Positions 54,302-64,000 of a stretch of DNA of 64,000 nt are shown here, one piece after another. The notes under the pieces are model-generated. The model was not told the DNA's origin, ran no database searches, and saw only the letters and a program-made list of their open reading frames with translations. This stretch comes from Octopus sinensis. Lineage: Eukaryota. Each line of letters opens with the position of its first letter. The stretch's first letter is position 1. The stretch lies in NCBI RefSeq assembly GCF_006345805.1, contig NC_043004.1, forward strand, positions 85,622,001-85,686,000, in the 5' to 3' direction. The position numbers and the translations under genes are program-made.

Positions 54302-54629
54302 GACAGAAGAACGAATACCACCAGACCGCTTTACAATGGGTACTATAAAAAGGACGAAGAAAGAGAGGGAGAGCCACGAAGACATGGCGTTTCACATTCA
54401 AAGATCTGAAGCATATTGGCATCACTTTGCAAGTGTCTGCACTCAAAACAGGAATAATCGGAGACAAATTGCTATGCGATGTACAGGTCAATTGTACGGG
54501 AGCCACTAAAATCGAGACTAAAATTTTAGTTACCCGGCTAATCAAACTGCAGCTCTCATAACAGAAAAAGCGCAAAACGGCAGGCAAAGCGGCCATGATA
54601 ACGGTGATGTGAAGAAGCGTACATGACAA
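54302..54629 (+). pseudogene. RTE-like LINE 3' fragment
   Basis: ERIP..TALQWVL*KGRRKRGRATKTWRFTFKDLKHIGIT...QNRNNRRQ matches the RTE C-terminal W...G.R.RGRP..TW motif. Confidence 0.75.
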
Positions 54630-55109
54630 ACGATTGTATCGCCAACCAGAACATTTCGTAAACTGCTTTGATAATTACTTAATTCATTATTAGTTAGGCA
54701 TTTATTGATTGCGTTGTCACCTAATTCGTCTATTATATGTCCTTATATCCGGCTGATTTGATTGTCAGACGTAACTTTCCTGTCTAGGCAGTGTAGCAAC
54801 TGTCGATTATTTAAATCATCAAATCAGATACATTTTGACAAGATTGATTCGTTATTTAAGTTACCATTTGTTTGCACACATTTATAACCTTGCTGGTTTT
54901 TCCCTGTATGATTTATTATTTCATAAATATCTGATTGTATTTCATGTCTACTGCTTGGTCGAATCTCCACTGGACGGTCGAATGAATAGCTGATTAAGGT
55001 ATTAGTTGATTAGTAGTCGTCGGTTGGCTGATTAAATGTTAGCCTGGTTCATTTGCTGCCATAGAGATTGGTATACATGATACACAGATAAATACATACA
55101 TCTATACAA

Positions 55110-55168
<59 letters not shown>

Positions 55169-55382
55169 TATAATGCATATACATATATGCATACATGTAT
55201 GTATTTATATATGTATATATAAAACTACACATATATACATATAGGTATAAATATATATATACATATACATATATATATACATATATATATATACATATAT
55301 ATATTATATAAATATATATATATATAAATAGATTTATATGTATACATATATATAAATATATTTATTGAGAGAGAGAAACGTG

Positions 55383-55587
55383 TACTCTTTACTCTTTTTC
55401 TTGTTTCAGTCATTTGACTGTGGTCATGCTGGAGCACCGCATGTCGAGCAAATCAACCCCAGGATTTAAGCCTAGTACTTATTCTAACGGTCCTCTTCTG
55501 CCGAACCGCTAGGTTACACCAGCATCGGTTGTAAAGCGATGTTGGGGGGGCCAAACACACACACAAACATATGCACACACACACTTA

Positions 55588-55632
<45 letters not shown>

Positions 55633-55811
55633 ATATATATATATATACGACGAGCTTCTTTCAGTTTCCTCATACCAAATCCACTCCCAAGGTTTTGGCC
55701 GGCCTGAAGCTATAGTAGAAGACACCTGCCCAAGGCGCCACGCAGTGGGACTGAACCCAGAACCATGTGGTTGATAAGCAAGCTACTTACCACACAGCCA
55801 CTCCTGCGCCT
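55383..55811 (-). mobile_element. SINE family 2
   Basis: Reverse complement of 10869-11324. Confidence 0.88.
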
Positions 55812-55822
55812 ATATATTTATG

Positions 55823-55881
<59 letters not shown>

Positions 55882-56219
55882 AGAGAGAGATGTTATTATG
55901 AACCTCTGTATATGTATATTCATATATGTATATATATATATATATGTATGTAGGTGTATATATATTGGTGACTTTCTCTACAAAGTTCTATCGCTGGATA
56001 CTTTCTGACTTGAAGTCATACAATCGATTCTACTCTTGTCGTTTTAAATAATTTGCAATTTACAAAGTTTACAGTCCTTTGAAAATTGTTCAATAAAATC
56101 AATTGTGTATGGATAGTTTGTAAATAATAAATAACACCAGACATCTTTATAAATATATATTTGTGAGTCATCCATAAATAACGAATATTTAAATTTATGA
56201 AAAATGTTGCTTCTTCAAT

Positions 56220-57390
<1,171 letters not shown>

Positions 57391-59094
57391 CGTTGGTATT
57401 TGTATTATTCAGTGTCGTGTTCCATTCTGTATTCTGTTATGACGTCTGGTTTGTTTCATTTTTTCTTTCGATATTGCTTTGTAAAGATCACATAATAATA
57501 ATCCAGTTTCTGTGTCTATAATCCGTTCTCAGGTGGGTGATAAAACTGTGACTATTACTCGATAAGTACCTCTGTGTTAAATATAGCTTGACTAATCTAC
57601 AGTCACTAAATAAAATATAAACCAAGCATGGACATTACCAAAAAAATACTGCTCGGACATTGCCAACAAGAAAAAAAAAAAGGAAAACAAAAAGCGACAA
57701 CCTTCAACAATAACAAGTTTTAAAGAAACTACCAACTTTTCTCATGTGTTTTGTATAGCCTACCAATGAATCCTCTCGATGCTCATTTAGTAACGTATTT
57801 TTTCATTTTACCATTTTATACATGTATTTCTTGCCTTAAGGGGTGAAGGTGGGGGTGATACTGCTTTGTTTCGTTTTTTTCTTTTGTCATTTTTTTATTA
57901 CATTTCTTTATATTCATCAAATTTACTCCCAATCTCAATTATTCTCTATGTCTAGAGTAACAACTTTGATGACTACTGGGTTGTCTCCCTTGAGGCTCTT
58001 TCTGCAAACCTTAACTAAGAAAATTGGCTTGTTGCCTCAAAAATATACGAGACGTGTTATTTTTCTTGATGTTAAAATACTCGTGTCTCAAATGAATTTG
58101 TAAGATGTAAGTATTATTTAATAATTCCATTACCAACTTATTTATTTCTTTTGGATCGTAGCTGCATTTCCAGTAAATAGTACATGTATCGATGTACATA
58201 CACATATATATGTACATTTGTATATACATATATATATATATATTTCTTCGTAAATTTGTCTATATTCTTTACTTCTATAATAGCAAGCTACCTATTTATA
58301 TTTCCTTGTATTTCATATACATCGAGACGTATTAGAAGCCTCATATTTACATCTATTATTCGCCATGAATTCTATCTCGAATCCTAATGGTTACCACATA
58401 TGAAAGTCTATTCGAGTTGTAACGATTTCTTTTCAAATGCTAATGCGCGTATTGTAGCTGTAATATATCAGTGTCAATGGATACGTATCGATATATTCAC
58501 ATGTTGAAATCTATGGCTGCTGGCAGCGGATCGAGTGAATAGGAAAGAGTGATTGGTCTGCCAATGTGAGGAAGCAATCATTCACTAGGTTATCTGAAGA
58601 AGGTAAAATCTGTTTCGGTTTTTGAAGAAACCTAATCAAATTTGCGGACTGGGAAAATTTACAATGGAGTCAGAAGATATAGGCATGTATATCAAATTCT
58701 GATGCACTAGTAAATTCTTTCCTACTACAAATAGTTATATATATATATATATATATATATACAGCCATGTGTGTGTCTGTCTGTGTGTCTGTTTTATGTG
58801 TGTGTGAGTTTATCTAATTATACACAAAGCATGTATATATACACACATACATTGTCATACAGAGGCACACATATATTACTAAAGTTATATAAGTATTACC
58901 TTCCACTGAATTCTACATACATTTATATATACCTACTCACCCACAAATACACACACATACATGTTTTTATATATTGTTCGAATGATTGATTAAGTGATTG
59001 TTTGATTGGTAGACATCAATATATAGATATATCATTTGCAGTATATGGAAAGTATTCCATCAGCATTACCCAAATGATATTGGTATCAACTTTA

Positions 59095-59480
59095 AGGCGG
59101 CGAGCTGGCAGAAACGTAAGCACGCCGGGCGAAATGCTTAGAGGTATTTCGTCTATCTTTACGTTCTGAGTTCAAATTCCGCCAACGTCAACTTTTCCTT
59201 TCATCCTTTCGGGGTCGATTAAATAAGTACCAGTTACGCACTGTGGTCGATATAACCGACTTAATCCGTTTGTCTGTCCTGTGTTTAGCCCCTTGTGGGT
59301 TGTAAAGAAATAGGTATTTCGTCTATCTTTACGTTCTGAGTTCAAATTCCACCGACGTCGACTTTGCCTTTCGTCCTTTCAGTGTCGATAAATTAAGCAC
59401 CAGTTGCGTACTGGAGTCGATCTAATCGACTGCTCCCCTCTCCAAAGATTTCGGGCCTTGTGTCTAATGTAGAAAATGAT
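59095..59480 (+). mobile_element. SINE family 1 dimer, complete head
   Basis: AGGCGGCGAGCTGGCAGAAACG head; internal unit repeated. Confidence 0.88.
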
Positions 59481-59484
59481 ATAG

Positions 59485-59720
59485 GTATCAAATTTAAAAT
59501 ACATTCAAGTCTAGTTTATTGTGCCGTCCGCTCGCACCACATCACAACCCTAAGACAAAACTACTTCACTTCAATTAGCTCTGCTTCCTTTAACATCTTG
59601 TCAAGGCTCATTAGCGAAAGAAAAGATCAGATAACATTCAAATGATTCCTAGACAAATTCCAGATAAACCACCAATATTCGGATATATCTCTACAAACAG
59701 TAATTCTATATTTGAATGAA
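59485..59720 (+). pseudogene. Degenerate CR1-group LINE 3' fragment
   Basis: TLRQNYFTS....FNIL...KDQITFK*FLDK..PDKP..GYISTNSNS, homologous to the end of the 12.4-13.1 kb ORF. Confidence 0.6.
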
Positions 59721-60944
59721 TTTTGGTGTCCAAAATATTACTGTAATATGAAACATTATTATATGTATTCTCTAGTTGTTGCTATTATGCTTGTCCTGAT
59801 AATGGTTAATTTTGCCCAAAATCTAAATATCTAAGCACTTAAAATGTAGATATATAGACAGAGAATTTACTGTACTGTTAATAATTTTCGGTCTGAGTTC
59901 CTCGTTGCCGACCTTCAGGCTATGATGAAAAAGAACATTAAGACTAGACATTTCAAGTGTATACACTACTAGAAATAAATGCGAAATAACTTGGCAAACA
60001 TCGTATGGTTAATGGAAAATATAAATCTATATTAATGACCATTGATATAAGCATGAATCTTTATTTATCAATTGGGTGAAGGATAAATATTTTCTGTACA
60101 GGCGTAGTGAAAATGATAGTGTGAAAATAGTTTGTATAATGAAATATATGTATGAATATGCGCATGTGTGTGTGTGTGTGTATAATGGATATAATATATA
60201 TGCATTTACAATAAATAAAAGATAACGGACTTGTACAAATTGAACGACACGTAGTAATTTGGAACGTAGTTATCTGAAAATGAAAGATCAAAATAAAATT
60301 ATCGTCAAATATGACTACGGACATCTATAATTTTAGACGGAGGAAATTACTGAGAAAGAATTTCATAGTGTGTCTACAAAAGCCTAGCATCTCCGTTCAC
60401 TCATTGAAAACGTTGCATCAATGTAACGTAACTATTAAGTATATACTATGTATATAATATAAATACGCATGTGTGTGTGAGTGAGAGAGTGTGCATATTT
60501 GTGTATTATGTATCAATAATTACGATGAGATTTTTATAATTTCATAGTAATATATTCACAATAATTATAGTCACAACATAGCAGCTGTCGTACACTTTGG
60601 TCTTCTTCAGTTACTTATCAATTTTGGTACAGATCTCGAAATTTCCAATTGAATCTATTCTCATTTTGGTCATCCCAGGGACGACCTCATATTGGATATT
60701 TTCCTGTCTGAGGGGTCGACAGCTTATTGAGTTTGAACTGCTGTACATATTGTTCGGATGACTTAGCTTTTAAATTCATGTCCACTAAGCTCTCACTAGT
60801 AACGTCACTTAGTCAACAGTTACATTTTTTATCCCATTATTTTGTTATATCATTAGTAATTAGTAACTAGAAGTTTTGAACAAAAGTTCTTTTGTTTCTG
60901 TTTCATGTGGTTTCATTTATCATGTTTCGTTTATCATTTTACTT

Positions 60945-61133
60945 CCTTCATTCACTTGTTTGTGACCATGCTGGGGTAACACGAGAACATTTCTTTCGCC
61001 TGATACTTATTATATCAGTTTACTTTGCCGAACCGCTAAGTTGCTGAAACCGTGTGGAAGACCAACACAAATACAAACACATTGTACTTTCATTTGTAGG
61101 TAGATAGATACAAACATATATAGATACATAGAT

Positions 61134-61188
<55 letters not shown>

Positions 61189-61625
61189 TATATATATATA
61201 TATATATATATATGTGTATGCATATATATATATATGTATGTATATATGTCGGTGTAAATCCAACAAGTCAGTTCGAAGCGCCCCCTACCCAGGCCGCTGC
61301 ATTTATGCATTTCGAATTTGCTATCTCCTCCTCCATGACAAAACACAGTGAATGGTTTTCTTACTGGTTTCAATATTCCTAAATCATATTGGTCTGGTAA
61401 CAAGTTTCGGTTTGCGCACATCAGTTTGGGGTTTTTATCCATATATATACGTATATGTATTGTTGGCATTCAGGAAGTTTCAGGCCACCAAATTCAGTCA
61501 CAAGGTGTTAGTCGCCCCGGAGCTATAGTAGAAGAAAACTTGTCCAAGGTGCTACGCAATGGGTCAGAACCCAGAACTATGTGGTTGAGAAGCAAACTTC
61601 TTACTACGCAGTCATACCTACATCT
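60945..61625 (-). mobile_element. Degenerate SINE family 2 with a ~190-bp insertion in its internal (TA)n
   Basis: Tail 60945-61075, head 61480-61625, unrelated block 61248-61440. Confidence 0.65.
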
Positions 61626-62149
61626 AAAATAAATTTGTTGAAATAAATGCAAAACGTTTTCTAACAACCCAATATATAATGTATATTTGTGTGTGAATGA
61701 GTCTGTGTATGTCTGTTTGTGTGTGTGTGTGTGTATTCAGCCTGTATGTCTGTGTGCGCGCGCGCATTTACTGTATTCTTCAAAGGACAATAATATCAGA
61801 CATCGCATAAATTTATGAATTTTGATTAGTGTTTATTTTCTTAAGACTTCATATGGCAAAGGTTTATTTATTCTCATCGAAACTTGCAAATTCGTAGACA
61901 GTAAAGCTTAAAACTTTGTCGAAGTGCTCGGTTTGAGTTACAAACATCGTTCGTTCCCCATTGTACAACGTCCACCAAACAACAAACAACTGTTCTTTTG
62001 TTTCATTTAACAGAATGTTCTCTCTTGGAAACTCTTTTTCTAGTTTCAGCTCTTATTTCAACTTCCTCTCTTCACCAATTATCGAAATACCTATAAATGT
62101 TTTTGAATATTGGCTTGCTCACCATTTGCATAAAGTTTAGACTGAAAAC

Positions 62150-62781
62150 CATTGGCCCTCAACCGGGATCCTTATGATCCATGGCGGTCCATATAAAATT
62201 TGGTTGTTAATGTTTATCCACAATACATTGCTTATACCTCGATATACAAAATATTTTAACAATTTTCTTATAGAATTTGATGTAATATGTTAGCACGCCG
62301 GGCGAAATGCTTAGTGGTATTTCGTCTGCCGTTGCGTTCTGAGTTCAAATACCGCCGAGGTCGACTTTGCCTTTCATCCTTTCGGGGTCGATAAATTAAG
62401 TACCAGTTACGCACTGGGGTCGATATAATCGACTTAATCCATTTGCCTTTCCTTGTTTGTCCTGTCTGTGTTTAACCCCTTGTGGGTAGTAAAGAAGTAG
62501 GTATTTCGTCTGTCGTTATGTTCTGAGTTCAAATTCTGCCGAGCTCGACTTTGCCTTTCATCCTTTCGGGATCGATAAATTAATAACAGTTGCATACTGA
62601 GGTCGATCTAATCGACAGGCCCCCTCCCCAAATATATCGTGTCCTGTGCCTCGAGTAGAAAAGAACATTTAATTATAAAAATATGAGAGGATATTTTAAA
62701 CAGTGAATGGGTATGAGGGTTCACCCGGGTGAAACAGAAATTAAAAGAGTCCATAGGTAAGAAACTTGTTGACAGCCACTG
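62150..62781. mobile_element. hAT (Charlie-like) MITE interrupted by a SINE family 1 dimer (62289-62665)
   Basis: Ends CATTGGCCCTCAAC / GTTGACAGCCACTG followed by GTCTAGAC (Charlie-type target). Confidence 0.55.
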
Positions 62782-63205
62782 GTCTAGACAATTATAAAGA
62801 GCCATAATGCAATTACTCTTATCAGTGTAACATTAGCGAAAACTAATCTAATTTTCCAAGCAAAGTAAATCACCGGAAGTGCCTGTGGCGGTTAATCTTA
62901 ATAAATGTCCGTGAACTGATAGATAGAACTAGACTTTACAGAATGAAGATCCATTCTGTTCATTTGCAAGCATTTACAAAGATGAGACAGTGGACATGAT
63001 AAAGTAGTTTGAAATTGTCATGAACTTCGATACTCAGCAATAATTAGTCAAATCTATGTCACGTGTTGGGAGCACGCATTTTAGAATGTAACATGATATG
63101 TGTCTATATTTTCCTATAAAAGCAACCTGAATTGTTCTGTTCATTTATTACTATTTATTTATATAGAATTCAGTATATTATGTAAAGTATTGAAGCCATC
63201 TTATC

Positions 63206-63400
63206 ATGGCTAACCACATTGGGGAGGGGGTGTTACTGTAGCTTTATAGCCCCAAGTGATCTTCGTCTCAAGCTGGCTTTAGACACAATATCTGTGTCCT
63301 TGGAGTATTTGCAAAGGGAGGCCATCCCTTCCTCGCAAGCCTGAGTGATACGCTCGAACTAGTTTCGGGATTGTTGTCCTTCGTCAACGGCGGTAACCAC
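63206..63400 (-). mobile_element. Diverged relative of the 17.3-18.0 kb hammerhead unit, with degenerate HHR at 63351-63392
   Basis: Shares ATGGCTAACC, TACTGTAG, TAGCCCCA, GCTGGCT, TAGACACA.TATCTGTGTCCT, GTATTTG in order; minus strand CG-TTGACGA-AGGA-CAACAA-TCCC-GAAAC-TA-GTT-CG. Confidence 0.75.
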
Positions 63401-64000
63401 CAGGTAGCGATGAAATTTTCTTTATTATGATCAATAGATCTAACATAGAATGGATACATTACAGGACAAAACAGTTACAAAATGCTATGCGAGTTCGAAT
63501 TGAAATTTTAAAAATTACAAAATTAAAATTTTATGTCACTTGAACGAAAACTTGGCTTACTTTGCTTGAAACGAAACCTTGGCTTACTTTTGCCTTTATC
63601 ACGAGAACTTTTAGTGCGTATGTTTTCTTTTCATTTCTGTTTTTTTTTTTATTAATTCTTTATTTTAAACAGTTATTACAGTGAAAGGTAATGGGAGGTA
63701 CCAGTTTCATTTTGAACCCGGCAGCCTATAAATCCCAGCAGCCGATCCCTCCTTTCCTCGATGATTAAGCTGGGCTACTCTCACCCACCTTCCTCATCAC
63801 ATCCTTCCACGTTCCATATACTCTTTCTGTGGCAGGCTCCTCTTCTCCAACCCCATCTTGCTCTTCAGATGATATCCGAAGTATTTTAACAAACCGGGGC
63901 CAGAGATAAGGACCCTTTCACTAGACCTTCCACTCTAGTTCTCCATACACACTCTTTCAATACTGCCACCGTACAGTAAAAACAAGCCTTACCTTCCTTT

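Larger units (their letters stand above)
53709..54807 (+). repeat. ~175-bp direct repeat flanking an RTE fragment
   Basis: ACGATTGTATCGCCAACCAGAACATTTCG... at 53709 and 54630. Confidence 0.9.

Noticed and set aside
63695-63875. Minus-strand CTGAAGA ... GAAACTGGTA
   Set aside because: About 150 nt apart and no stem I

Overview
AT-rich eukaryotic DNA with no host protein-coding exon that I can recognise. The SINE families and dense (TA)n/(CA)n/(GATA)n/(TATG)n microsatellites suggest an octopus/cephalopod genome (inference). Nearly all ORFs in the track are microsatellite artefacts. Real content: a full-length defective mariner, a deleted mariner and a Tc1 remnant; hAT- and piggyBac-like MITEs; CR1, RTE and R4/Dong LINE fragments; two Penelope-like (GIY-YIG) remnants; and four tRNA-derived SINE families. 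The most notable signal is a set of non-coding elements carrying type I hammerhead ribozyme (HHR) motifs, mostly inserted in (TA)n tracts. Two of them (17336-18001 and 32484-33841) share one architecture: an inverted partial copy joined by 4-nt microhomology to terminally redundant tandem copies of a 352-bp or ~469-bp unit, with one hammerhead per unit. This looks like a retrozyme/Penelope-mobilised system that may make circular RNA. All structures were read by eye; coordinates of degenerate repeats are approximate.
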